The translations under genes and the position numbers were made by a program. From Candidatus Aenigmatarchaeota archaeon (GTDB lineage Archaea; Aenigmatarchaeota; Aenigmatarchaeia; GW2011-AR5; GCA-2688965), in NCBI GenBank assembly GCA_043813745.1, contig JBDRKV010000068.1:1-39255 (forward strand): a stretch of 39,255 nt of DNA, read 5' to 3'. Each line of letters opens with the position of its first letter. The first letter of the stretch is position 1. The notes beneath the pieces are model-generated. The model was not told the DNA's origin and made no database searches. It saw nothing but the letters and a program-made list of their open reading frames with translations. Positions 17,969 through 27,395 of this stretch are shown one piece after another.

Positions 17969-19654
17969 ATGCAAAATCTTATTATGGTGATGGTTGTTGC
18001 CATGGGTATAACCCTGCTAGTGGGCGGGATGATAATATACTCGTATGGCGGAAATATCAGGGAAGAATATGGAGACATAGAAGGACTGCTCGGCATGAGC
18101 CTTGTCAAGCTGAAGTCAGCGGACATAACTCTGGACTGTGCTTCTGGAAGTAATTATCAGCTGAAGATAAAAAATTTCCTTGTGAATTATTACGGCCCGG
18201 ACAGGACGAAGATGGATGTAAAGATAAGAATTTTCGGCAGCGAAGAAACCGTACTCAGCAACAACCAGGTAAACCTGCCCATGCGAAGTCCCATCACACA
18301 GCTGGCGAGCGTGTCTGTCACGCTTCCGACAGAGGAAAAGATAAACAAAGACAAGGGAGTTGTGTTAACGCTGATGTATTGGATGGACGAGCTGGAAACA
18401 GGCTGCTACCATCAAAATCGCGGGCTGACGCTGCTGGACATCGCGAGCAAGTGCCCGGGATCGTATCTTGGCAGCGACGACGTGTTCATACCCAAGGAGA
18501 ATATAAAATTCTCTAGCCCGGATAATCAAGAGTGCGCGACTGACTGGGTATTTAGAAATCCTGTGCCAGACACATATGGAAAAGAAAAAGAAGTTGACCT
18601 TGGCGATGCCTACGATTATTTGATTTTAAGTGATAAACATTATATCCACAAGGTTCGCATAAAACTAGTTGACGTTGAAAGAACAGATAGTAGCTTGGTC
18701 ATGAAGATATCTGGAACGTATTATTACAAATATGATAATGAGCAGGAACAAAGTGCTGAGCTGGATTGCAATATTGCGATGCCTGGTTTAATCGGAACTG
18801 TGTCATTGAATGCCGGCTCGGTGATTGCCTGCGATGTGCAGGGTATTAGAAATGATCCAAGTTTATATGAGGATGTACGAATAAAAGTGCTGTCGGTTAG
18901 CGAGAACCGGGCGATTGACATAGATGTCATACCTACATTTTCGACAGGCAAAAAATTTGGTTGGGACATTGACGGTGCTTCGGCTGGATTCAAGGCTTTT
19001 CCTGTAACAATCGCTGACGAAGATCTGGGAGATATTGTAATAGGTTTGAATGAAGTTTTGATTTCTCCTGCACAAAATTATATCTTCAAATTTGAGATTT
19101 ACAAAAGAGTCAGGCTTTATGAAACCGCTAACGACTATCAAAATAGGCGCCTTATAAAAATCGGGGAGGCTGGTACTATAACACTTTCAGAGAATGGTAT
19201 TGCATATCTCGGTGACCGAAGCAAAGTTGGCGATAGTGTTGAAGATGGCATGGCTTATGTTTATACAATAAAACTGGATGATATCAACACAGAGAATAGG
19301 ATGTTGCGGCTTTCGCTCGACATGAACCCAAAGATCAAGGAGCTGCAAAAAGGCAGCGCGAGATTCTGCTGGGACAGGAATGCCGCGGGCTTTGACAAAT
19401 GCGATTTGGGCATGGGAGACTGTGATGAATTGTTTGGTGATGAATGTGACACGAGCAAATCTTATAGTTATGGCACTGGTCTCAGCGGAGCATTGGATTG
19501 CAGGGACGTTGATGCTGCTGTTGATGTATGCTGTCCTAGCGGCGCAAGCGATGAACAGTGCAGGGCAGCGTACATGGCGTGGAGCCGTAGCGGCGATGAA
19601 CAGAGGATAAGAAACGCGCTTATCGCCGGCGTTGATCCGCCTCCCCAGAACTGA
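17969..19654 (+). CDS. Minor pilin-like/adhesin with C-terminal Cys-rich GxGDCD module
   Basis: Likely start MQNLIMVMVVAMGITLLVGG at 17969 (GTGATG RBS); tail KCDLGMGDCDELFGDEC...LDC...DVCC. Confidence 0.7.
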   Translation: MQNLIMVMVVAMGITLLVGGMIIYSYGGNIREEYGDIEGLLGMSLVKLKSADITLDCASGSNYQLKIKNFLVNYYGPDRTKMDVKIRIFGSEETVLSNNQVNLPMRSPITQLASVSVTLPTEEKINKDKGVVLTLMYWMDELETGCYHQNRGLTLLDIASKCPGSYLGSDDVFIPKENIKFSSPDNQECATDWVFRNPVPDTYGKEKEVDLGDAYDYLILSDKHYIHKVRIKLVDVERTDSSLVMKISGTYYYKYDNEQEQSAELDCNIAMPGLIGTVSLNAGSVIACDVQGIRNDPSLYEDVRIKVLSVSENRAIDIDVIPTFSTGKKFGWDIDGASAGFKAFPVTIADEDLGDIVIGLNEVLISPAQNYIFKFEIYKRVRLYETANDYQNRRLIKIGEAGTITLSENGIAYLGDRSKVGDSVEDGMAYVYTIKLDDINTENRMLRLSLDMNPKIKELQKGSARFCWDRNAAGFDKCDLGMGDCDELFGDECDTSKSYSYGTGLSGALDCRDVDAAVDVCCPSGASDEQCRAAYMAWSRSGDEQRIRNALIAGVDPPPQN

Positions 19655-19728
19655 TTCTAATTTATATATAGCACGGCTACAAAATTAATCAGAGAAGAAA
19701 ATGATTTGTATTAGTTGGAGATGTTGAA

Positions 19729-19881
19729 ATGCAGGTTTCTGGAACGATGATGCTCATAGTCGTGTTGATGGCTTTCATAGTCGTCGTCGGGGTCATGCTG
19801 CTTGTATCGCCCAGGGCCTTTATTTCCAATGCAATAAATGGCATTGGCTCATTTTTCGCTATTTTAGGAGGTGGCGTGTGA
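19729..19881 (+). CDS. 50-aa pilin-like microprotein
   Basis: MQVSGTMMLIVVLMAFIVVVGVMLLVSPRAFISNAINGIGSFFAILGGGV*; GGAG RBS; TTTATATA at about 19661. Confidence 0.72.
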   Translation: MQVSGTMMLIVVLMAFIVVVGVMLLVSPRAFISNAINGIGSFFAILGGGV

Positions 19882-20003
19882 TGCATGCGCCGTACCTCAT
19901 AGTCGGCATAATAATCGCCCTGGTGGTGCTTGCGCTGTTGATTTTCCTGGCAGGCGGACTGCCGGGCGCGGCCGAGGGTATAATAAACCTATTCAGGGGT
20001 TGA
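19881..20003 (+). CDS. 40-aa pilin-like microprotein
   Basis: MHAPYLIVGIIIALVVLALLIFLAGGLPGAAEGIINLFRG*; GGAGGTG RBS and TGATG overlap. Confidence 0.72.
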   Translation: MHAPYLIVGIIIALVVLALLIFLAGGLPGAAEGIINLFRG

Positions 20004-20007
20004 TGCA

Positions 20008-21318
20008 GTGAAAAGAAAAGCAGTAATCGACATGCCAATATTCCTTGCAATAGATGCAATAATCCTGCTGTTTGCTCTCGGGCTCGTGCTAAGCTTTGTC
20101 GCATTCAAGCCATATGACCAGATTGCAGTAGCCGGCTTTGAGTCCCTGGCTTCTGCCATACAGAAAACCTGCTTGGAAGGGAAAGCAGTAACTGTTGATT
20201 TCGAGATGGCGCAGAGCAAGCCCATCACGGTCGGCGGCACGCTGAATGTATTGAGAAAGGTCATGCTGGATATATCCGGAGATCCGGACTACCTTATATA
20301 TTATGAAGCATATCCGCCAGGGGATGCCTGGGCATGGGAAGAGCTGATGGGCCTGCCGAAAAGGAATGTTGTTTATTACAAGCCTGATTTATGTGAAATG
20401 ACGAGCGATGAAAAATGCATAGTAAGGGATTTCGCGAAAATAAAATTCCCTGAGTTTGTCAAGCAGCTCTCTGACCCGCAAAGCACTGAAACTGTTCCGT
20501 TTGTTGTCGCAAACATAATACTTGATGACGAAGAAAATAATGTGCAGTACAAAGACAGGTTATTGCGCGGGACTGTCGGCAAATGGGACACCACAAATCC
20601 CAACACAAAGGCGTCGTACAATTTCATGGATTACTTTTCTATCAACACCATAGAAAAAACAATGGTGAAATATCGCGCATGCGGAGAAAATTCTTTGTGC
20701 TTGAAGACGAAAAAAGGCGTGTATAAAATACCATTGACCGGATGCGAAAGCATCAATGAGAACGACAAACTGGTTGTGGTGAGCAAGAAGGCTGGTACAT
20801 ATCCATCTACAATAGAAATACTTTTGCGTATGGCTAAAAACCTTGTTGGCATCAATGCTGGCGTTTCGGCTGAATTTATTCAAAGACGGCCACTAAGCCT
20901 GGCTAGCCCGTGCTCAAGGTCCACGCTGAGCATTGTGCGGACGCAATGCTCGTGCAAGGAAAAAAGGACGTATCCTATTTTCGAATACAGCTCCAAGGAC
21001 GACACGCTGACCCAGGTCGGGACACATATTGATTGTCTGGATTTCATAATAGGCGGACAGGCCGGAACTGGCGAAACTTTCGACTGCATTTCCATAGGCA
21101 TAGAGAATTTGAATTTGAATGACAATTATTGCATAACCCTGCCTGGCACTTCTAAATCTGCAAAGCAAGGCGATGGCCCTGTCTCAGCAGTGTATAAATA
21201 TGATAATATCGAGCGCGGCGTGACGCTCATGGAATCCGGAGGAGACGTTAGTCTCCTAAGCAAGGCTGTTGAGCTTGTAACTCCAGGTTTCCTGCCCATG
21301 TGGCCAAGGGCGAGGTGA
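20008..21318 (+). CDS. Large minor pilin with class III signal peptide
   Basis: GTG start, MKRKA|VIDMPIFLAIDAIILLFALGLVLSF; multiple Cys. Confidence 0.75.
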   Translation: MKRKAVIDMPIFLAIDAIILLFALGLVLSFVAFKPYDQIAVAGFESLASAIQKTCLEGKAVTVDFEMAQSKPITVGGTLNVLRKVMLDISGDPDYLIYYEAYPPGDAWAWEELMGLPKRNVVYYKPDLCEMTSDEKCIVRDFAKIKFPEFVKQLSDPQSTETVPFVVANIILDDEENNVQYKDRLLRGTVGKWDTTNPNTKASYNFMDYFSINTIEKTMVKYRACGENSLCLKTKKGVYKIPLTGCESINENDKLVVVSKKAGTYPSTIEILLRMAKNLVGINAGVSAEFIQRRPLSLASPCSRSTLSIVRTQCSCKEKRTYPIFEYSSKDDTLTQVGTHIDCLDFIIGGQAGTGETFDCISIGIENLNLNDNYCITLPGTSKSAKQGDGPVSAVYKYDNIERGVTLMESGGDVSLLSKAVELVTPGFLPMWPRAR

Positions 21319-21322
21319 GTGA

Positions 21323-21760
21323 ATGGATAACTCACTGACTGTTGTTTTGTTTCTCGTAATCACGCTTATGATGACGCTTGTATTGAGCGCGTTTGGAACA
21401 ACTCCATACAAGGCCGCGGTGGACAATCTGGTGCGCGAGAACGCTCGTTTGACTGCGCTGAATGTCGCGGGCGTGATAAACCTGATGGAGAATCCTATAC
21501 CTGACGGCGAATATTATCTCAAGATACCCATAAAGGACTGCAGGCTGACTGTGCTGCCTACAATGGTGATAATGGAAACTAACATAAAAGAGGCTTCGAA
21601 AAAAGTGGGCAGGGCTTCGCTGTTCGTCGGCATAAACATGATAAAGCCCTCTGAGATAACGTGCAATGAAAAAACCGAGACCAATATAATGATATCAAAG
21701 GCCAACAGCACTATTGAGGTCAAGAAAATAGACAATGACGGAGGGAATGCGAATGTTTAA
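21323..21760 (+). CDS. Minor pilin-like protein
   Basis: N-terminal TM then amphipathic helix (ENARLTALNVAGVINLM) and beta strands; GAGGTGA RBS. Confidence 0.7.
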   Translation: MDNSLTVVLFLVITLMMTLVLSAFGTTPYKAAVDNLVRENARLTALNVAGVINLMENPIPDGEYYLKIPIKDCRLTVLPTMVIMETNIKEASKKVGRASLFVGINMIKPSEITCNEKTETNIMISKANSTIEVKKIDNDGGNANV

Positions 21761-22595
21761 AATGACGGATGCTTTCATGATCGTCATATGCATTATTGCA
21801 TTCATAGGTTTCATCGTTGTGAACATACGACTTTTTGCTGATTACAACATAAACGTTGTCATAGACGAAGAGGCCCGCATGCGGGCCGAGATACACGAGG
21901 CTTTGCTGTCTGCGCCCGGACTGACTGTGAGATATTCGGTATTCAACAAAAGCGTTATAGACGAGCTGCACGAGGAAACATTGATAGATTTTAAGAGCAT
22001 CGAGCCTGTGAGGCATTGCGATTACAGCTATAGCGTGGTATTCACTGTAAAGGAAACAAACGAAAACATAATAAAGCGCGGGTTTGGATATCTCGGCATT
22101 GGTTCTGAGTTGTTGGACGAGCTGGATCCGGACAAACATACGCTGCCGCCGAGCCAGCAGGAAATGATTGACGAAAGGGCTGAAACTATCTTTACGTCAG
22201 TACAATATCCAGATGGAACGATATTGCCTGCTGCGCTGAGGGTGCGCATATACAATGACATGCTCACGCGGATAACCTGCGCAGTGGAAAGGGCCATCAT
22301 ATTCGACTCAGAACAAGAGGTTGCAATACCGTTCCCTGCATATGACGCATCGTATCCTGCTAGATTTAGCTTGTATCAAAACGCCAATGAAGAGATGTGC
22401 CTTGGCGACGAGAACGGAAAGCACTTCTGCAGGAGCACGCTCGGCATACTGCTGCAATCATCACTTAACACGGACGACTCAGAAGGCATGTATGTTAAGA
22501 TAGCAAAAGCCAGCGACAAGTCTGTCAGCGCATCGCTGATAAGGAAGACTGTTCCAAAATCTGACACAGCTCAAGAAAATGGTAAGATTGAGTAA
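21753..22595 (+). CDS. Minor pilin-like protein
   Basis: Probable start MFKMTDAFMIVICIIAFIGFIVV after GGAGG (track start 21735). Confidence 0.68.
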   Translation: MFKMTDAFMIVICIIAFIGFIVVNIRLFADYNINVVIDEEARMRAEIHEALLSAPGLTVRYSVFNKSVIDELHEETLIDFKSIEPVRHCDYSYSVVFTVKETNENIIKRGFGYLGIGSELLDELDPDKHTLPPSQQEMIDERAETIFTSVQYPDGTILPAALRVRIYNDMLTRITCAVERAIIFDSEQEVAIPFPAYDASYPARFSLYQNANEEMCLGDENGKHFCRSTLGILLQSSLNTDDSEGMYVKIAKASDKSVSASLIRKTVPKSDTAQENGKIE

Positions 22596-22644
22596 AGCTC
22601 ATCTACATTTTCCCGATGAGGATGCGAGAAAATGGATGATAATC

Positions 22645-23436
22645 ATGTCAAGTAGAAAAGGGCAGCTGCCCATATCCGGAACGTTCATGACATACGTGTT
22701 TCTACTTATAGTAGTAGCCCTGCTTTTTGCCGAGGTGATGATATTTTTCATAGCATTCGAATATCCAAAAGCGCTCAATAACATGCTGAAGACTTTTCCA
22801 ACCAACATGGTCGGCAAGGAGCAGCTGAAATACGAGATTGATTTTGTGCAGATGTCCACGAAACCGTTTGCAATGACCGGCGCGATAACGTATGTATACG
22901 ACAGGAGGCTAATAGAAGAATCCATCATGACCTACATCACAAACGACAAGAAATATTTCAATCCGATGTTCGCGCTGGGCTTTGCCAGCTTCAACCCGTC
23001 GGCATTGAGCTTTGTGCTGAAGGCCGAGCTGCTGAATTACAAGGACCCGTCACAAAAAATTCTGCTCATGAAGCGCGTCAGCTTCGCAATCATCAATGGC
23101 AGGCCTGTGAATTATTGCGGGTTTGATTCAGAAGGCGTGTGCGAGTCCTCGTGCAGCACTGGTAGAAAAGAGGAAAGCGAACTGGATATGTTCTGCAGTG
23201 AGGGCAGCAAATGCTGCGTCGAAGATGATGGCAGCGGAACGAGGTGCGGCCTTGGCATCTGCCTGGACCCGGATGGCGACATACCGGCTGGCAGGGAGCC
23301 ATCGATAGAACACAGGTGCTCTGGCAATCTGAAATGCTACGTGACTGCCGACCCTACGAAATATATGATGCTGGAAGATGTCGAGGTGCCGATATATTTC
23401 AAGGGAAACCTCGGCTATCTGAGGGTGACATCATGA
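22645..23436 (+). CDS. Minor pilin with class III signal peptide and inserted Cys-rich modules
   Basis: MSSRKG|QLPISGTFMTYVFLLIVVALLF; CGFDSEGVCESSC...CSEGSKCC. Confidence 0.78.
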   Translation: MSSRKGQLPISGTFMTYVFLLIVVALLFAEVMIFFIAFEYPKALNNMLKTFPTNMVGKEQLKYEIDFVQMSTKPFAMTGAITYVYDRRLIEESIMTYITNDKKYFNPMFALGFASFNPSALSFVLKAELLNYKDPSQKILLMKRVSFAIINGRPVNYCGFDSEGVCESSCSTGRKEESELDMFCSEGSKCCVEDDGSGTRCGLGICLDPDGDIPAGREPSIEHRCSGNLKCYVTADPTKYMMLEDVEVPIYFKGNLGYLRVTS

Positions 23437-25985
23437 AAGGGCAAATACTCCAGCTGGCTCTGATATTGATAACAGCGGGCATAGCGCTCATGTTTATATT
23501 ATCTGTCATACAGGCCAAGAACTTCAAGGAAAAGATAAACCTTCAGGAGGTGGAGGTCATGGAAGCGAAGAATGGTATATTTCTCACCGAGAACTCCATG
23601 GATGCTTCCTGGCACATGTCGTCTGTGCAGTCCACGTTCCACACTGGAGAAGATGGCGTGGGCAGGCAGTACTGGTTTGACCTGGACAACAAGAAACAAC
23701 TCAGTGAGCTGAAAGTCATTGGCCAGACAACCAGCGAGGGCGAAGAAATGTGCAATAAACTTCCTGGAGGCCATTGCGTTGAGAATTTTGGATGCAGCAA
23801 AAATGAAGTTCCTGATGATAGCTTGTGCGGCTCTGAAGCGCGTTGCTGCTACAAAGGACAGTCTACTAACGAACCGCAGGACCAGATGTGCAGTACGAAG
23901 AACGGCATGTGTGTAGACGATTTTTTCAGTTGTCAGTTAAACGAAAACGATAATACAGAAATGTGCGGGCAAGGTTTTCATTGCTGCTATCCAATGACTG
24001 CTGCTACTGGCGCTGTCACTGACGAGCAGAATGCAGAAAATGGAAATCAATTATTGGACGAATTCCTAAAATCCATCACCGGAGACGCTTCTGCACTCAA
24101 TCCTGTGATATACGAGCCGAACAGCGCTGCGTTTTCAAAATACGTGAATTATCTCATGCATCGCGACTACATACCAAAGGAAAATCTGCTTTATTACATA
24201 CGCGGTGTGCGCACTGACATAGGCGGGTTTGTTTCCGGACCGTATGAACTGATTATGGGAAACCTGTTGGGAAGGGTTGCACAAGATATACGCGGGACAG
24301 GAGACAAGATTGTATTCCAGCAATCAAAATATTCCAGCCCGATAAAACTGATAACATTCATGCTCAAGGTTGTGCAGTCTGCGAACGGATTCGTAGAGGC
24401 AAACAAAGAGCTTGCGATGAAGACGCCGACCATACCTACAAGCGACAAGCAGTTTTGGTACACAACCGCGACCGCTAGCGCCGGGGCTTTCATTGACAGC
24501 GTGAACGGATTCATCACTGAAAAAAAACAGAAAGCCGCTGAAGACTGCAAAATCGACGGCAATGCTATAGCAGAAGTTACATTCACTGACGCAGTTGTTC
24601 CGAAGCTTGTCGTGCCTGATTATGATAGTGACAAGTTCGTAGGGAACCAGGGCGGACTGGAGCTTTCCTATAAAATAGATTCCAAATTCGTAGAAACTGT
24701 GCTGAAAGACGACACGAGGTACTGGTATTACAATGACGCAGACAGCAAAAACGAGTTCTACAAAAAGGAATTTCAATTAAACTTTACTGTTAAGAGCCAG
24801 CCCGCTGTTTTGAAGTGCGCGGACAGTAATGACAACCTGTTCAATTTCGAAACGCCAAAAGATATGCTTTGCTTGAACAACGAGATGTGGACTTGCAACA
24901 CGCCTATAGATGGGCTTGCTAACGAGCACAAGAAAACAGACCATCAAACTGTTGCGCAGACAGTGGCGCCGACAACATCGACATCCTCGACATCAACAAC
25001 TTCTACGACTACGACAAGCACGACGACGATATCAACTGGCTCGTCGTCAAGCACGACAACAAGCATACAGGAAAACACTTATGATAATTATGATAGTTGC
25101 ATCAGCTGCTTTAACAACGACCTAACGAGCAGGTGGTGCCTTGACTCGACTCCACCGTGCTTGCCTTTGACAAGCACTCAAGGTTGGCTGATACCATGCG
25201 ACACAGGCATAAAGACTTCGCTCTACGAAAGCACGTCTGACTCGTGCGCTGCAGTGAATTATAAAACATGCAGTGAATGCACGTCGCACGGAAAGACGTG
25301 GTGCATAACCGCGACTTCTTCTGTGTGCTCAAACATGTGCGGCGGCACTGCTATAACAAGCTCGAGCGACTGCTCCAGCGCAAGCGGGGCTGTTACTGGC
25401 ATGACCACTGCAATTACAGGAAACGTTTTAGGATACTCGTCTGAGGTTGTTTATGGATGTGTTGAGCATGGCGGGGCGCGCAGATTTTGCAAGTTATACC
25501 GCGACACGCGCGACATAGAGCAGTGCTGCAAATACTGGCCAGCAGACCACAGCTGGGTCTTCAAAGCCGGGACGTTCTGTATAGGAGACGGCTCGTGCGA
25601 CAATGGGGTTGACAATAAAGTTGATGCTAATATACGCGACCGCGGGGAACGATGCATTGTTGACGGAACAAATAATCGTCCTGATTGCCCATCTGACAAG
25701 CCAAACGGGTGCTGCGATCCAAACGAGAACGGAGCAAGCAAGCGCGGCTGGGTAGAAGCCGGACATGTAAAAAGCGGAACAGAGTGCAAGGTATGCCGAA
25801 ATGACGGGTACTTTGACGACAATTCAAAATGCACGGAAACGCACACGTGCGTAAACAGGGTGTTTAATGGATTTGACCCTGTGACAGGCTTTCCTGCCTA
25901 CTACGAGGAAACAGAGCAGGTACGTGAAACGTGCGTGAACGGCGATTGCAGGTATTCGCAGGCAGGATACGATTATTGCTATTAA
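23433..25985 (+). CDS. 850-aa pilin-anchored Cys-rich adhesin with Thr/Ser stalk
   Basis: True start MKG|QILQLALILITAGIALMF at 23433 (GGGTGA RBS, ATGA overlap); two C..C..C..C..CC modules, PTTSTSSTSTTSTTTTSTTTISTGSSSSTTTS linker, PSI-like modules. Confidence 0.8.
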   Translation: MKGQILQLALILITAGIALMFILSVIQAKNFKEKINLQEVEVMEAKNGIFLTENSMDASWHMSSVQSTFHTGEDGVGRQYWFDLDNKKQLSELKVIGQTTSEGEEMCNKLPGGHCVENFGCSKNEVPDDSLCGSEARCCYKGQSTNEPQDQMCSTKNGMCVDDFFSCQLNENDNTEMCGQGFHCCYPMTAATGAVTDEQNAENGNQLLDEFLKSITGDASALNPVIYEPNSAAFSKYVNYLMHRDYIPKENLLYYIRGVRTDIGGFVSGPYELIMGNLLGRVAQDIRGTGDKIVFQQSKYSSPIKLITFMLKVVQSANGFVEANKELAMKTPTIPTSDKQFWYTTATASAGAFIDSVNGFITEKKQKAAEDCKIDGNAIAEVTFTDAVVPKLVVPDYDSDKFVGNQGGLELSYKIDSKFVETVLKDDTRYWYYNDADSKNEFYKKEFQLNFTVKSQPAVLKCADSNDNLFNFETPKDMLCLNNEMWTCNTPIDGLANEHKKTDHQTVAQTVAPTTSTSSTSTTSTTTTSTTTISTGSSSSTTTSIQENTYDNYDSCISCFNNDLTSRWCLDSTPPCLPLTSTQGWLIPCDTGIKTSLYESTSDSCAAVNYKTCSECTSHGKTWCITATSSVCSNMCGGTAITSSSDCSSASGAVTGMTTAITGNVLGYSSEVVYGCVEHGGARRFCKLYRDTRDIEQCCKYWPADHSWVFKAGTFCIGDGSCDNGVDNKVDANIRDRGERCIVDGTNNRPDCPSDKPNGCCDPNENGASKRGWVEAGHVKSGTECKVCRNDGYFDDNSKCTETHTCVNRVFNGFDPVTGFPAYYEETEQVRETCVNGDCRYSQAGYDYCY

Positions 25986-26020
25986 GCAATTATTTATATC
26001 TCGGAAAATAATTTAGATGC

Positions 26021-26398
26021 ATGAAAGCCCTTTCGCTCTCCATAGAAACCGTGATAGTGTTAATAATCGCTGTCATCATACTCGGCATACTGACGTATTT
26101 CATAATGAACATGGCAAAACCAGGCCTGGACAAGATGAAATGGCAGCAGGATGCCAGCCTGGCATGCGGCAGGTACATAAAATTCGATGAAACGTGCACA
26201 GATGTGCCTAGCCCTAGCGACTGCACTGCTAACGAGCAGAACGCGCTCAAGCTGGACGCGTGCGCCGCAATCAATATACTAAAAGACGTGTGCAACAAGC
26301 TGGAGTATAGTTCGTGTACTGGCGGGACGCCGAGCGTGAATTGCATAAAACAGTGCTGCTCCGTGGTCTGCCCAAAGACAAACGTCCAAACGTCGTAA
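26021..26398 (+). CDS. Archaeal type IV pilin, Cys-rich head
   Basis: MKA|LSLSIETVIVLIIAVIILG; own TATA-like element at about 25993. Confidence 0.82.
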   Translation: MKALSLSIETVIVLIIAVIILGILTYFIMNMAKPGLDKMKWQQDASLACGRYIKFDETCTDVPSPSDCTANEQNALKLDACAAINILKDVCNKLEYSSCTGGTPSVNCIKQCCSVVCPKTNVQTS

Positions 26399-26487
26399 TT
26401 CTAAAGCCTTTTAAAAATTATGGTATAATCTTAATTAACATCCAAGAGACTTGCTAGAAACTTTAACATTACGAACGAGGCGATGAA

Positions 26488-26805
26488 ATGGAAACAACAA
26501 AAAACAGCGGAATGAAAAACAACAGGAGAGACGAGAACGACGGCACAATCTTCATAGGGCAAAAACCGCCTATGATATACGTGATATCAGCCATAGCGCA
26601 GTTCGGTCGCGGAAAAAAAGAAATCCGCATAAAGGCACGCGGAAAGATGATAGCAAAAGCCGTGGACGTGGCGGAAATCATAAAAAACAGGTTCTTCAAT
26701 GACTGTAAAATTGAAAACGTCAGGACTGGCACTGAATCCGTGGAATCGATAAAATTTAACAGGCGATTAAACGTGTCGACGATTGAATTGACTGTCAGGA
26801 AATAA
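26488..26805 (+). CDS. albA: DNA/RNA-binding protein Alba
   Basis: IFIGQKPPMIYV, IKARGKMIAKAVDVAE, VSTIELTV; GAGGCG RBS. Confidence 0.95.
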   Translation: METTKNSGMKNNRRDENDGTIFIGQKPPMIYVISAIAQFGRGKKEIRIKARGKMIAKAVDVAEIIKNRFFNDCKIENVRTGTESVESIKFNRRLNVSTIELTVRK

Positions 26806-26818
26806 ATTTTCTATTTTA

Positions 26819-27319
26819 CTATGGCTTGCAGCATATTTTCCCAGTATCGCAAGTGCCTGAAACGCGCGCTCTATTATTTGGACACGTTGCCCTGCTGCTT
26901 GTGGTAACAGGTGTTTCACATTTATTCGGCAGATCACAGGTTCCTGTAGTACCGCCGCCAGAAGACCCGCTGCTGCCACTGCTGCCGCCCCGGCAGCAGT
27001 AATCAAAGCATGTGGCTGGGACTCTTGTATTAAGAACTTTTTCGCATGCGTCCAGCAAGGTTCCTTCTGCTGCGCCGCCTGGATGATAATTTGTTATCTT
27101 GAACAAATTTTTGTCGTTGACTTTTGGAGCGTCAGTAATCACGCAGCCCTTGTTCATCAGAATCTGGCAGCCGCGCGACAATGCGGCTGTGTCGCCTATG
27201 GAACTTATTCCTCCGCCGCCGCTAAACAGGAAGAATGCAGCAACAGCTGCTAGAACAACAATGGCTATGATGATTACTATAACAACCTCTACTGGCATTG
27301 AGAGGGCTTTGCGATGCAT
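26819..27319 (-). CDS. Archaeal type IV pilin with C-terminal defensin-like module
   Basis: MHRKA|LSMPVEVVIVIIIAIVVLAAVAAFF; Gly/Ser linker; tail ...SGTCDTGKICCKP. Confidence 0.82.
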   Translation of the reverse strand: MHRKALSMPVEVVIVIIIAIVVLAAVAAFFLFSGGGGISSIGDTAALSRGCQILMNKGCVITDAPKVNDKNLFKITNYHPGGAAEGTLLDACEKVLNTRVPATCFDYCCRGGSSGSSGSSGGGTTGTCDLPNKCETPVTTSSRATCPNNRARVSGTCDTGKICCKP

Positions 27320-27395
27320 GAACTATTTTTAGAGATTTCAATATATAAAGGTTTGTCAAGAAATTTTTAATGAAATAAACGAAAAAGAATTAAAC

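Noticed and set aside
22600-22640. Imperfect hairpin between minor pilin genes
   Set aside because: Short, mismatched and overlapping the RBS; too weak to call
23244-23432. N-terminal 63 aa of the 913-aa track ORF
   Set aside because: Overlaps the upstream gene; RBS, ATGA coupling and class III signal place the start at 23433
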